A stretch of DNA of 64,000 bases from Chrysomallon squamiferum (GCA_012295275.1 CM022678.1:8804001-8868000); one strand, 5' to 3'. Positions 12,163-26,783 are shown, counted from the first letter of the stretch. The notes: generated by a model not told the origin, from the letters alone. Numbers and translations: made by a program.

Positions 12163-13365
12163 TCATAAATAAGATAAACATTATAATAAAATAAAATAAA
12201 ATTTCATCAAGAAAAAAAAAAAAAAACAATAAAAATAATTTTTAAAAATGTAGGTAGGATTACAGTTTTAAATGATATGTTATTTCTTTTACTTTAATAG
12301 AACCACATTTTATAAAAAACACTAAAATACAAAAATAAACCAGTTTTTCATCAACTAACTGACAGACATAAAGTAACTACATCAAAAAAAAAGTGTATAT
12401 ATATTTTATTTATTATTACTTTAGTTCAGTCTTTTAAGAATAATAAAACTTGAACCCCCCCAAGAATAGTAACAAAAATTTAAAACAGTTTTAACAAGAT
12501 ACATGAAAAGGACAATACAGATTACAATCTAACACGTTAAATTACTTTTTATTATGTTACCAACGTCTGTTAATTTTACTCATACTTGAAATAGCTCATT
12601 ATAACTTGTTATATCTGTTAATATTTCAGTAGTTAAAGAAAAAGAAAAAAAAAAAAAAAAAAATTAACATTGACCTTTTATATAATATAAAGTTATCTAT
12701 TACTTTAATTGTACTGGTTTTTTAAAAATTATTATCAAACAAATAAATTGAAGAAATGTTTAAACTTTCTGAACAGTAAGTGGAATGTGTCTGGATATTA
12801 CTTGGTAACAAATACAACTATGATTCATGACTGTGTATGATTTAAATTATTTACAGTTTTTTTTAATGATAACTCTTAAAACAGTATTATTGTGGAAGTT
12901 TTTGCTGCTGATCTGTTGAAATGTTAATATATATTGAAATATTAATATATATGTTAATATATATTTAAATATACAATTATATTTACGGAACTGCTTACAC
13001 ATATAAAAAGTCACTTTAAGTCTAATTATTTTATAATAACCACTGTTAATATTGTCATTATTACATATTTTCTTTTCACAAAAATAACTGAACACAGTTT
13101 CTTAGTTTCTGTAATTTATTCAGTGTTGAATATTTTGTGAGTTGAAGCAAACTGAAAAGAAGAACAAAATGGATATTTTACAAGCATATCAGATAAAAAG
13201 AACAAGTTACATGATAGCAAAGTAGAATAAATAAATAAATAAATAAACAAATAAATAAAGTATAAAACTTTATCCTGAAAACAGTCTTATTTCTCTTCAT
13301 ACAGTTGATAATTATTCATATTATATACAATTTTCATACTTGTATTATTTCTCTGATTGCAAGCA

Positions 13366-13430
<65 letters not shown>

Positions 13431-13589
13431 TGTGGTGGGGTGTTTGTTTACATAAGTATGCCTGTATTGTTTTGTTACCATTAGTGTGTATACATGTGTG
13501 TGTATGTCTTTATGTATGTATATATATCAGTGTTAGTGTGTGTGTGTGTGTGTGTATGTTAAAGTAAATGGAGACACATTATATATATA

Positions 13590-16130
13590 CATATATACAC
13601 CAAAGCATACAAATACAGAAGAAAACAAAACAATCTCCAAACAGAAGCATAAATCTCTATAATAAACAAAACCTCAGACATCATAACAAAAAGTAACAAC
13701 CCAGGGATCAACACAAAACTCTTAAAGACTTTTTTGACCTTCTGGGATCAACATTTTCTTACTGGGAATTACCTACACTAATCCTGAAACTCTGACTCAG
13801 CAAACAGTAAAACAGTCTGCACAACAACAACAACCTGAAATGAGTGAAAAAAAAAAACAACCAAACAGAAAAAACCCACCCAGCTCTCTTTTTAAATATA
13901 TCACAAAATACATTACCTGGACAGAAACAAGAAATTAAAAAAAAATGTTTACAACAAGATTCATTCACAAACAAATCCAAGCTAGTTAATGTCAGTATAT
14001 GGAGGGAAAAGCAAGCTACTGGACCACACTTACCTTTAACAGAAAACCTGCCATGACAACAATTACAACGACCAACAGACAGAAATGAGCTCTCATTTAC
14101 TTGTGTGACCTCTGACAGAACTGGTGACACACAACCAAATGTACACAGTGATACAGCTCAAGTCATTAGCATGCAGCTACTGCAGTGTCCATCACCATAG
14201 AAACTCCAGCCAGTCCTGATACCTCCCAAAACATGCAAACTTTCAGCAACTACATGAAGAAAATTGTAAACAGAGCCCAATAAAAATAAATAATTTCAAC
14301 AAAAGAACCTCCATTAACACAAAACATATCTCTCACATGATACACACCTAACACAGGCCTTTCCATTCTTGTTTGTCTTAATGATGTTACATTCACCTTC
14401 ACCAGTGTGTCCAGTTCACCACTGATTTAACACTAACAGCAAACACACTGCAGCACTGAGTCAATGGGAAGTTCTAAATGAGTTGAATTGAGACCACCAC
14501 CCTACACTCACCAATTACAACAGCAAGAAAACCTTCTCCAACAACTCAGTATTTACACCCAAATGAAATTTCACCAAAGCAGACTGGGAAGGATTCTACA
14601 AAGCATGGAAAAATATTAAACTAAAAAACACAAACAAAACTGACACACATTGCACTTCACTTACCAACATGATAGACTCAGCTGTCACTGAACACAAAAC
14701 TAAAACCAAAAACTGCACCAACAAAATATCCACTGCATGGTGGACTGAGCTTATTGGAAATAAATAAATACAGAAGACAATATAAAAAAAAAAAAAAAAA
14801 AATCTAAACAAAAATCAAACTACACTTGAAAAATACAAAATAATCAAAAACATTAGAAATAATACTTGGTCTTTCTAATGTAAGTTGGTAAACAGGAAAG
14901 ATACAAACATACTGGAAACTTGCATAAACCTTACAAATACCATTCACTACCAATCAACTACAGACCAGTTACACTAACATCACACATGTAAAACCCTTGA
15001 CACACTGGTAAAACACACACCTGAACAAACACTTAAACAAAAACAATTTAACAAGTAAATAACAAAACACTACAACAGTTTACTAAATTCCATTCAGTAA
15101 ATAAAATAAAAAGTAATTACATAGATTTCTGGTGTGCAGGCAGATCTCTAAACAACCAAATACAAACATCCTTGAATGACTGACTTTAAACTGAGAGACA
15201 AAGATTTCACTTAGACATCATGTCTCCTCTCTAATAAAGTAAAAGAAAAAAAAAAAAAAGAAAAAAGATAACAAAAAATAACACTAAAAATAGATAACCA
15301 TTTAATAACAAAGAAAATCTTTCAAATTTTTAGTAGTCACATTTGACAGCCAACTTCGGATGCCACATACAGAAGATAATCACATCTTGTAAAAACTTTT
15401 ACCAAACATCACACTGCCTGACAGTCTCATGTTAGAATAAAACATACAAACATTAAAATACAGACAAAAACCTACACACACTAAAATACTGTGTTAAAAT
15501 CCACTCTAGGTAATAAACATCTCATGAAGGATCCAGGCCCTGATCAACCCTTTAAAAGACACCTTTCACTATAATCTAGTTTTTAAACAACACAACAGCC
15601 ATCTTGAAAGTCAGTGAATGTTGCAATCAGCAAATAGTAAAGAAATAAACTAAACATTAGTTACAGTGAATCAAAACTCAAAATCATTTTAGTAAACAAC
15701 TACACAAACCACCTTCAAAGAAAATAAACATAGTTACAATCTAAACATCAAATTCAAAAACTCAAAATCATTTTAGTAACAAACTACATAACAACAACAT
15801 TACCAAACTCAGAATCAGCTACTCCACCAATCTAAACACAATCAAATTCAAACACAAAATAAACACAACACCAAACTGTAGCTGTGGAATTTCTGAAACC
15901 ATGAAACATTACTTATTTCTCTGTCCACATTTTTCCAGTGACCACCTAATGCTACATGACACATTTTCAATGAATTAAAAACTGAATTTACACTTAAAAA
16001 CATCTTCATAGCAACAGTGAAAAACTGAGAGCCAAACTTTAATTCAAACAAATAAATAGACACAAATGTTTGACTAAATAAATTCAAAAACATAAAATAG
16101 CACAGACACATAGGTTAAAAAAAAAAAAAA
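13590..16130 (+). mobile_element. Heavily decayed non-LTR retrotransposon (LINE) with C-terminal CCHC knuckle
   Basis: A/C-skewed strand; K.PGPD-like remnant at about 15527-15545; C-terminal KLRISYSTNLNTIKFKHKINTTPNCSCGISETMKHYLFLCPHF at about 15804-15935; A-tract at 16117-16130. The 5' boundary is approximate. Confidence 0.7.
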
Positions 16131-16221
16131 ATAGCATACACAGTAACAAACAAAATAAAAAGCAAATACACCAATACAAAATAATTATATAAATTAATTA
16201 ATTAAGGGATTAACTGACTCA

Positions 16222-16790
16222 CCAGCTGATAGATTTCTAACACAGAACTTCAGAACATATTTTAAAAGTTCCACATTTTCTTGACACAAGGAAGTAAACT
16301 GGTTCAGGCTGGAGTGGGCTGTTTGGAATGTGAACTTTCTGTACTGACAAGTCAAACTGAAGAAGACAATTAGCTTTTTCTTAAAAATAAAAATGAAAAC
16401 AAAATTTAAAATAACAAACAAAAACATACTGCAATATAAAATCAATTAATCTAAGAATTAATACAATATCCTTAAAATTATATCACTTAATATATAAAAA
16501 TTACACATTATTCAAATGAATTCTTACCCTGTGCAATAGCAGTCTGTTGATTCTCCCTCCAAAGTGAAGATTTAGTCTCACATGCAGAAAGATTTTCAAA
16601 TCACTCCCTTTGAATCCTGGGACTGACTGAGACAAAATTAGTCATAATCTTGAGGAAAATGCTTCAGAAACTGAACTATCCTTTCTCTGTCTTCACATGT
16701 AAGGCATGTGAATTAATTTTCTTCTGCCAGATTTTTTTTCTCTCTCAGAGTTACCCCATTCAGTCTGCAGTGCTGTGAGTTTGTTCTGAC
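16222..16790 (-). mobile_element. Decayed spliced transposase-like fragments (Sola-type DDD transposase-like family)
   Basis: Two AG/GT-bounded blocks: DRERIVQFLKHF...PGFKGSDLKIF..CETKSSLWR and FD..QKVHIPNSPLQPEPVYFLVSRKCGTFKIC. These resemble the motifs PGFK..D.K.LPS..TK..VWR and SFDYAQQVHIP..PLQPGPIYF.TPRKCG.FGVC of a widespread transposon-derived family. The superfamily call is tentative. Confidence 0.55.
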
Positions 16791-16839
16791 TAATGTAAAA
16801 AAGCAAAAAGCAATAAAAAGATATAACCCCCAACAAACA

Positions 16840-16876
<37 letters not shown>

Positions 16877-17515
16877 TCAAATGTCCTCTATAAAAATGAA
16901 GGAGAAATTACAAATTAACTGCTGCTTAAATAGGAAAAATACTAATGAAAAAAAACATACAAATTCTCTCTGCTTTGTTCATTGGAGTGCTTTGAAGAAC
17001 TCCCAGAAGTATCATATTTTTTTCAGCAGCAAAACAAACAAAAATTTGAATTCTTATAATACTTATACAGTGGTAAATTATTTGAAATAACTGTCCTAAT
17101 TCAGATGATAACATTTTTTTTTTTTTTTTTAAAAATCATTTTAATGAGTCTTGTTTATCCAGATAAAATATATTACAATTGATTTAACACTTAAAATATT
17201 CTGATTTCCAAATATAATTCTATAACAGTCTCTAACATGAATAAATAATATTAATCTAGAAGAACCTACTTTTTCTATAAGTTATAAAACAAGAGCCACT
17301 GTTAATAATTTTATAGCAAATATTTATTTCACATAAAAGGTTTTTTGTTCGTAGTTCGATAAATTGAAAGTATCGGCTTACCTTAATTTGTCAACATCTA
17401 AAATGAAATACGAAAATTCTTTATTAATTAAAATAGCCACAAAAATTTAGTCTAGAGTAATACAAATCAGCTGGTAAGACATTTTCAAACAAACCTTGAC
17501 AAAAATGGAAAAATG

Positions 17516-17564
<49 letters not shown>

Positions 17565-18199
17565 TTATAGTATTATAGGCTTTTATTTTTCAAAAGAAAT
17601 AAAAATTAAAGGAAAGCAACGTGAAATGATAGCGAGTAATACTCAGTAAAGTTTAGCGTGTGACAAAAATAAGAAAATCAATGACTTTCCTCTATAAAAT
17701 ATGCAGCCGTTCAACTTTTCTTTTTTAGTATTTTTTCTTTATTTCTTTCTTTATTTTATTTTTTTTTTTTTTTTTTTTTTTATTTATTTTTATTCCGGGT
17801 AAGTAATCCTACCGGAATTGAAAACGAAAAACAATTGCAAATACAAGGTTATAGAGTTATCTTCCATGATAACTTGTTCCGTTAACCAACCGATAATTTT
17901 TACGTAACGCTCTAAAAGTTCGCTAAATTTGTTCGTTGGCTTCACTTTAGCCAATGAAAAGATGGAATTGAAAAGGAGAAACAATAGCAAACAATTAGTT
18001 ACAGTGTTCTGCTATGACAATGTGTTCCGTTAACCAACCGATAATTCTTTAACGTAGTGTTTATAAATAGATGTTTGCAAATAAGACAAGCCGATACGTC
18101 CAACTTATGGAACTATGGGCAATCGTTTTATGTGAAATAAATATCTGAGAGATACAATTATTATAAAAGTATTATCTTGTGTTATAACTTATAGAAAAA

Positions 18200-18323
18200 A
18201 CAGGTCATACCCAAAAATAATATTTTTTGGGGCGACTAACCATAATATTTCTAACATCCCAGTCGCCTGAACGGAACTTTGGTCGCATTTGGTGACCTGG
18301 CGACTGGCCATTTCGAGTCCTGC
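18200..18323 (-). mobile_element. One end of the hAT-like element, better preserved copy
   Basis: Reverse complement gcaggactcgaaatggccagtcgccaggtcaccaaatgcgaccaaagttccgttcaggcgactgggatgttag matches 7784-7860 and retains CpGs. Confidence 0.6.
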
Positions 18324-19564
18324 ATAATTATCTCTCATATTAAGAAATCTGTCTGTAATATAAATTGTTATTTTAATACTATTTAAATATTTCAGTCAGA
18401 TGATGTGACTAATTGCTTATCAGAAAAATGTCCACAGCTATTGGATTCAAAAGATATAGTGACTACTGAACTACCACATGTAACATCTACTGTAACATTG
18501 TCAGATACCCAGTCTGATGATCTTCCAGACGACACAGAATAGAACTGTCATAGACCACACTGTGTAGACCACAATGTCGTAACCACACTGTCATAGCCGT
18601 AACACAGCATTAAATCCTCGTAAACATCTCCCCGATAATGAGAACCAGTTTTTGTAAACTGTAAGTGAGAATGTTGATCAGTGATCACTTCTCCCCTTCC
18701 ATTTTACTTGTGGTCCTTTTATTGAGACAGAGCAGGATGTGAATATATGACATATATGCAGATATATATATATATATATTTGTGTTATTATCTTTGGAAA
18801 CAATAAACGTTGTGAGCTGATATTATTCTATTTTAAAAATAATATTTAAGCGCATTTTAGCTATTTTCTCACAATAGTCTTAGAATGATAGAAGACACTC
18901 AGAACAGTTCTAATGAAACTAGGAGAATAGCGTCAAACATGTAGGAAGCTTCCGTTTTTCAAAAAAAAAAAAAATTAAAAAAATATTAGGGTGTTGTTCT
19001 AGTTGTTAGCTGTTGACAAAGGGAGTACTTTTATGGTGTCTGCTTCATTGTTTTCATTGTTATATAGATGATTACTGGTGGAGCAGTTATATTAATATCT
19101 AATATAATAAGAGAACTTCAGGTATAATAAGAAATGTAAAGAATATTACACTATACAACTTGCGCTGATGTACACCTTTTTTAATGATAATAATGTTATA
19201 TAGATTATTACAGATTATATCCTGATATAAATATACGATATTAATAAAATATGAGATAAACATTTCTCAACATACTTAACCTACAAACTGTAAATATCAC
19301 TGATCATAATTAATTCTCATCATTTTTTCTTTTTATAAGTAATTAAGCGGTTTATTTTCATAACGCCATGTAGAATTATCATTTATAACTGTCAGTAATG
19401 TCTAATAGATTAACTGTGGTTATCAGTATTTTCTGTAGTGTACATAATATTTAAGTTCCGCGTACAGTAAAATTACACCTTTCTATTATACGATTTAGAA
19501 TTAGCAAAAGTAAAACGTTACGTTTAATAAAACGGACACTTCATAGCGGTATCTGAAGTTAGTT

Positions 19565-19697
19565 GTTCTGCTGTGTTTGTGTTTCAGTGAAACATGTTCT
19601 GCTGTGTTTGTTTTCAGTGAAACATGTTCTGTTTGTGTTTGTGTTGAAAAGTGAAACATGTTCTGCTGTGTTTGTGTTTTCAGTGAAACATGTTCTG
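19565..19697. repeat. About 30-bp minisatellite, about 4 copies
   Basis: tgttctgctgtgtttgtgtttcagtgaaaca units. Confidence 0.85.
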
Positions 19698-20491
19698 GCA
19701 AGTTACAACCTAATTCCTCATTTCTTTTCTTTCAACACAGAAACATAAAATCTTTAGTGATGATCTATGAGTAACTCTCAAATAAATAATAACAACAACA
19801 ACGACAACAGGAATAATAGTAATTTTAAAAAGAACAGTTTTTATACAACTAATTTTACTATTATTCAGTGTTTAATACAACTAATATTTACTATTATTCA
19901 GTTAACAAACATTTTTGAGTTGTCTGTAGAAAGATGGAAAAGATAACGTAAATTGACATTTCAGTTTTTATGTTATTACAGGTAGCCATGGTTACAGTAC
20001 ATCCCTGCGGTCATGAATCATCTAATCTACTGACAGACATTGAAAATGAATATTGCTTTGACTGATAAGATATATATAAAAATATATATATTTAAAGCAA
20101 TCAAAACCGTAAGGGTTTTTTAATAATACAAAGAAAATATTGTTGCAAATCAGACATGTGTGCTTGTTCAGCAATAATATATATATATATATTTTATTTA
20201 TCTTTGTAAGGAACCATATTTTGTCTCTTGACAGTAACTCCAAGACTTTTAAAAAAAAAAAATCAATAATGTGTAAAAAAATATTTAAAATTGAAAAATT
20301 GCTCTGGTGCTAGATGTTAAAGGGAGGGAAGTCATCAGAATGGGGAGTTAGAAAATCATCTTAACAAGATTTTTTTCTGTTTTACGTTACAGTGTTGACT
20401 TTACCTTATCACCGTCCTCAAACTGAGACCCTTAACCATTGTGTGACACAAATGTACCTCAAGGTCATTTGCTCACGGAAACAAAAGTGTG

Positions 20492-20563
<72 letters not shown>

Positions 20564-21340
20564 AACAGTTATTTTTGGTGAAAAGATGGACCTATCTGTA
20601 TTGCTCAAAACATTTCTAAAGATTTCATAATTTCAACTTGCAATTAAAATGGCTGTAAAATTATTCAGGAACGTTCAGTAATTAAATATTTAAATAAAAA
20701 TATTTTTATGAAATGTCTTTGTTATTTTGTTATTTTTTATATAATATCTATATAATATATATATTTTTATATATATATATATATATTATGTATATATATA
20801 TATATATATAACTTCATAACTTAGTGGAGAAAGCATTAATAAGCTCTTGACATGATTATATCTATATATATAATGTATATTAGTAATAAGAAGAGAAATT
20901 AGATTGTAGGATAAGAAGAATGTATGTTTTGTATATAATTATATATTGTTAGTCATTGTATAACTTGCTGATCAGACAGACTCCACACCTTTGTGTTGGA
21001 TCATCGAATATTTCGTCCTCTTCATTAGAGTCGTAAGTGCAGCTTCGTTCACAGCCCCCGCTACTCCCCGTGGAGCCGATTCGTCCATCTTCAGCTGTTT
21101 CGCGCGCTAACTGAGATCTCTCAGCACATTTTATCATTTGACGTCAGTCTTCCAATACGAGGCGCAAGCGTTTAAAAAAAAAAAAAAAAACACGCGTTCA
21201 CCTGCTGATAAGATTTAATGTAAAAAATAACTCCACCTTCCTCTTAGTTTTCATTTGATGTTTTAGTCAAAGCGTTCTTGTTGGCGGATTCGCGATTTAC
21301 TAAAGAAATGTAGTGATTAAGAATGAACCGTTATTATATA

Positions 21341-21700
21341 TACTGTTCAAAAAAAAAGTAGGGAACTCTTATAATGATTTTACAATTGCCAAAATTGTAA
21401 TGTAAGTTAACTATGGGGAATGGCAATAAATGTTATGAAAATAGTTAATTAAATGAACGATCGGAACGAATGACTAGAAACAAAATGATAAAAACTGTAT
21501 CATCAAAACAATGAAGACAAAAAATAAATAAATAAAATAAAATAAAATTTACAGAAATAATTTTACATAGTGATTAAACACATTCCTGAAAAAAAGTCAA
21601 AGTCCAGAATGACGCCCCCCCCACACACACACCCGCCTGCCGTACACGTGTTCTTTGTAACGCACGTGCGACGTATGGAATATGAAAACGTATTCAAAAT
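21341..21700 (+). mobile_element. Possible Tc1/mariner-like terminal sequence (single end)
   Basis: A TA run followed by ctgttcaaaaaaaaagtagggaactc resembles Tc1-family TIRs. No matching inverted end found in the window. Confidence 0.35.
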
Positions 21701-21904
21701 TAATATTTTTCACGTTTCCCCGACATTTTTTGAAGAGTATATTTAAATGAAAAACGTTTTCACGTCTGCTACTTGATAATCTTGTCAGTCGTGTTGAATT
21801 GTACTGAGTTTGTTCTATCTGCAGTGAAAACATTAATATGCAGATTCACATGCGTGCATGAACCATTCACTATCACATGCACAGAAACGCAAACAGACAC
21901 ACAA

Positions 21905-21935
<31 letters not shown>

Positions 21936-22494
21936 TAAAGAATAATAATAAGACAAGAAGAAGAATAACGAATAGATTCTCTTCAAGGTCATCGAGGAAA
22001 GTGTTAGTTACGTAGCCCAGTGTTAATATTGTATTTTTTATTAACCGAAATCTAATAAAATCTTAAATTCGTTAAGCTACTTGTCTCCCTCTCTCCCTCT
22101 CTTCATCACTGTTTTTTGGAATGAACTACTTCAGTTTATTCTTTTAATCCAAAAATAAATAGCTTACTAAATAAAATAAAATAACAACAGATAAAAAGTA
22201 ATCACGTGAAGATATAAAATGTATTACGTAATTGGACAGTGATACATTTTCTCAAAGTATTAAAGTGTTTCACTGTCCATAGAAGACGCAAGAAACAAAG
22301 TTATATTTTGTTAGCGCCAAATCAATCTTAGCACATTGTTTAAATTCATACACAAAAGATTTAGTATTAACATTTAGTCTTATGCGTTACAAAGAATCAA
22401 CAATTGCCTTTCTCTACCGAGTTCAAATAGAGGCTCAAGGTCACAAATTCATTAATTAACAACAGCAACAACAGCAATAATAATAATAATAAAA

Positions 22495-22563
<69 letters not shown>

Positions 22564-22771
22564 TAATAAATTCTCTTTAGTACAAAACTTATTTCGTTTA
22601 TTATAACTGTCACTGAGTGAATGTTCAATGCGTTCGCGTCTGCAGTTACCGTTTTCAGCCGGCAAAATTTTCATTCCAGTGTAATTATTACTTCCTTCAG
22701 ACATTTAGTTATAATCACTGACCAAAAGCGTATAAAGAGCAGAAAAATCAGAAGAAACAAAAATAGAATGA

Positions 22772-22851
<80 letters not shown>

Positions 22852-22959
22852 GTTACTGAACTACTTTTATTCTGTAGTTTATTTTGTAGTTTTAAATTAA
22901 ATTTAACAAAAGATTCAAGAATCAAATTCACTGCTGTCACCTTGACAAATACAAATACG

Positions 22960-23152
22960 CACATAATACAAACACACAGAATATACACATACATAGAGAC
23001 ATACACAGATACACATACACATAATACAAACACACAGAATATACACATACATAGAGACATACACAGATACACATACACATAATACAAACACACAGAATAT
23101 ACACATACTTAGAGACATACACAGATATACATACACATAATACAAACACACA
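22960..23152. repeat. 58-bp minisatellite, about 3.3 copies
   Basis: cacataatacaaacacacagaatatacacatacatagagacatacacagatacacata repeated. Confidence 0.85.
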
Positions 23153-23346
23153 AATACATTTTTTATCTTGTGTTTTAAAATTTAAAAACACAAGATAAAA
23201 AAAATGTATATAAAAAAATTAAAGAATAACAACAACAACAAAAATAATAATATAATAACAACAGCAATAATAATAACAGCAATAATAACAACAGCAATGA
23301 TAATAATAATTATAATAACAATATTATAATAATAATTATTATTATG

Positions 23347-23379
<33 letters not shown>

Positions 23380-23416
23380 AATAATAATAATAATAATAAT
23401 ACATTTTCTGATCTGT

Positions 23417-23682
23417 TCAGTCGCTAACAATGTCTGTCACGTACAAAACTCTTGAAAGACTGAACTGCTTGGTGTCGTGTAATGGTTTATGGTAACTGTA
23501 TACAAGCCACGAAGTATGGCTGACAAGATTGTTATAAAGGTTTTCAATGCTGAACATCCAAGGAAACCATCGAAATGGAGACAACGTGAATCTGTGTGTG
23601 AAATATCAGCTGAGAACATTTCCAAAGCAGGAAGCCACAATCCCATTAACAACAACAATTCCAGTCAGAGGAGCGTACAAAC
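23417..23682 (-). pseudogene. Hedgehog-related Hog domain terminal exon (Hint C-terminus plus sterol-recognition-like region) with in-frame stop
   Basis: After ttccag| (phase 1) it reads (G)LYAPLTGIVVVNGIVASCFGNVLS*YFTHRFTLSPFRWFPWMF..., matching the Hedgehog Hint motif G.YAPLT..GT.VVN.V.ASCY and the SRR H....P.R. There is a TGA at 23606-23608 and a small deletion after APLT. Confidence 0.75.
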
Positions 23683-24480
23683 CTGGAAATAATGTTTTAA
23701 TGATGTGTAAATAATTTGTGTGTTAGTATTTGTACGTGGTTCTCTCAATATGCGTCCGTCCTTGTGTCATTGTCTGTATGTGTGACAGAACAAAGCTAGA
23801 GCTAGATAAACTAGATAAACAAACAGTCTTAATAGTTATACAGACATGCAGAGTTTTGTGATCTGTTTGATTACGTAACGCTAGACGTCAAAACAGGTAA
23901 TCTTGTCTGTCCAGTGAATGATCTGCATTTCTGAAGATTGAACAATTATGAGGGCCATTCGCAAGTCGCAGCGATGTCTGGGTAGCTGCTGATATCTTCT
24001 TCTATGACGGTGTTCTGTGAAAGGTTTCATCGCGTCTCAGCTGTTAATTAAAATGCTGAAGAAATGTGGACTAACGTAGATTCTGGGGCTCCTCTAGAAT
24101 TAGAACCACTGAAACTTAAACTTCATTAGCTTCCTAACAGACCCGCCCCTGCTGTTATCGGATCTGAAATGCTCGTTCGTTAGACGGTCTTTGTTTTGGC
24201 TCAGTGGTTTAATGCCCAGTTAGTTAATCCATCAGAACAAAAAAGTAATCTTTCTGATAATCATATCTTTGCCTCAGTCATTGTAATGAATGGTTCAGAA
24301 TAGTCGGAGAAGCGAATACTGTTGTCATTAAGTATTTAAATTAAAGAGTCGCCATCTGAAAATGTTTGTTACAAGATAAAATTAGATAAAGTTTTGTTGC
24401 CGATAACTGAATTGTTTTTCATCACAGACTTCACAGACAAAATAACAAACTGAGACAGAAAGGAAGCAACACTACCTATA

Positions 24481-24496
24481 ATGTATGTGTGTGTGA

Positions 24497-24551
<55 letters not shown>

Positions 24552-24674
24552 TGTATGTGTGTGTATGTATGTGTGTGTATGTGTGTGTGGGCATGTGTGT
24601 GTGTATGTGTGTGTATGTATGTGTGTACATGTGTGTGTGTATGTGTATGTGTGTGTATATGTGTGTGTGTGTGA

Positions 24675-24725
<51 letters not shown>

Positions 24726-24800
24726 TGTGTGTGTATGTGTGTGTGTGCGTGTGTGTGTTTATGTGTGTGTATTTGTGTGTTTGTGTGTATATGTGTGTGA
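24481..24800. repeat. Compound (TG)n/(TATG)n microsatellite
   Basis: Directly visible; source of several spurious ORFs. Confidence 0.95.
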
Positions 24801-25740
24801 GTGATTATCTCTAACAAGTTTGAGTTCAAATATTGTAGATGTTTCTGTTTTAAAACCAAAGTTTTGGTTATCAAAAATTAGTATCAGTTAATTTAAGAAA
24901 TACATTTTGAAAAACATCAACAACAGAAAACCGCATTAATATGAAACCGAAGACGCGAAGTCATCCAGCACTGAAATTTGTGATCAAGCTCACGGACATT
25001 GCTTGACTTGTCAAGATCACTCTGTGTAATTCTCAGAACGTAACATCAGCTGTGGAGAAGGGACTGACACGGCGACAGTGACAACGTGGCCACTCGTGAA
25101 GACAGACTCTGCTCTGTCTGTGTACAACTCAGCTGTGTACATCTTCACCCACTTTTGTCCAAGTTGAACAGAGACTTTGTTCAGTGAAATCAAGTGAATT
25201 TGATTCTTGAATCTTTTGTTAAATTTAATTTAACATGGTTTGCGTACTGAAAACTGTTCATGCAGCTGTAACTATCTTTATTTAAAAAGTATTTCAGTTA
25301 AAATACATTTATCATGTTTTAGATTTGTTTTGTTTCGATATAATACCGCGTAATAAACACGTAAACATGAAATTAACCCAAATAAATAATACACTGATCA
25401 ATATGTGTATTACGCTAGTAGGAAAACAATACAAGTAACAAATGTGTTTCAGTGCATGCATTAATTAATTCGCTAATTTTTACAGTATTTATATATTTAT
25501 TCCTGAAGGTTTCAACGTCTGCTGCCTTCAGATCGTTTGTAACATTTGTGTTGATTACAAACAAAATAAATTAGAAAACAGACAGATATGAAAACGTTTT
25601 ACAAATCACAGTTAATGTCAGATGTCTTTGTTCCTGCGCGTTACTCGATTATTTCTCGTTGGATTAATTAACTTATTTCCAAAATAATATGGAATAACAA
25701 ACTAAAATGTATAAATAAAATAAAGCTAGAAACAAGAAGA

Positions 25741-25816
<76 letters not shown>

Positions 25817-26090
25817 GCAATAATAATAAAGAAATGAATAAAGAAATAAATATACAGAAGGGAAAACAAAGAAGAAAAAAACAAACAGAAATTGGCATAA
25901 GGTGCTACATGAAAAATAAAATAAAACACGGATTTTAAATTGATCTACGATATCAAAAGAACAAAGGATGCAGCTTTTTAATATCTGTTTTATTATTTTA
26001 CAAGGTAAAATACTTACATTTTCTTCGATTAAAAAAAAAGAAAAGAGAATTATGAAGCAATTTTTACTATTTATCTTTCAGGTCCATCCA

Positions 26091-26169
<79 letters not shown>

Positions 26170-26365
26170 GATAAAATTGTAATAAATAAAACTGTTTATG
26201 CAAAATGAAAAGAAACAAAAAGAATCTTTGACATGAAAAAGTGATGTTAATTAATGTTTTCATAATCTGATCGTTAGCAGTGTACAACTAGGAATAAAGT
26301 AATTAACTGTTACCTGTTTCGATGTGTCACGTTGTGTGTGCAAATAAACGTACTCGTACAACGGT

Positions 26366-26450
<85 letters not shown>

Positions 26451-26542
26451 TGAAGACAGTTTGTAGCGAAGTAGTAGTTTCTTTTGCACCCACATTTTTC
26501 TTTCTATCACAGATAACCAGTCTCTCATAAACACAGTAATCC

Positions 26543-26660
<118 letters not shown>

Positions 26661-26783
26661 AGTGCGCGTATATACAGCAGTTAGGCAGGTGTCACAGAAT
26701 AAGAAAAAGCTAGGTATGTAGAAAGATGACAGAAATACATATAAACAATCATATGGAACGACTGACAGATCGGTATGATAATT

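Noticed and set aside
23606-23608. In-frame TGA in the Hog exon as selenocysteine or readthrough
   Set aside because: It is not at a conserved Cys position, no SECIS was recognised, and the accompanying deletion favours pseudogenisation.
23437-23692. The two listed ORFs (73 aa minus, 67 aa plus)
   Set aside because: Wrong frames; the Hint homology lies in a different minus-strand frame.
24476-24874. HT/CV-repeat ORFs
   Set aside because: Dinucleotide microsatellite artefacts.
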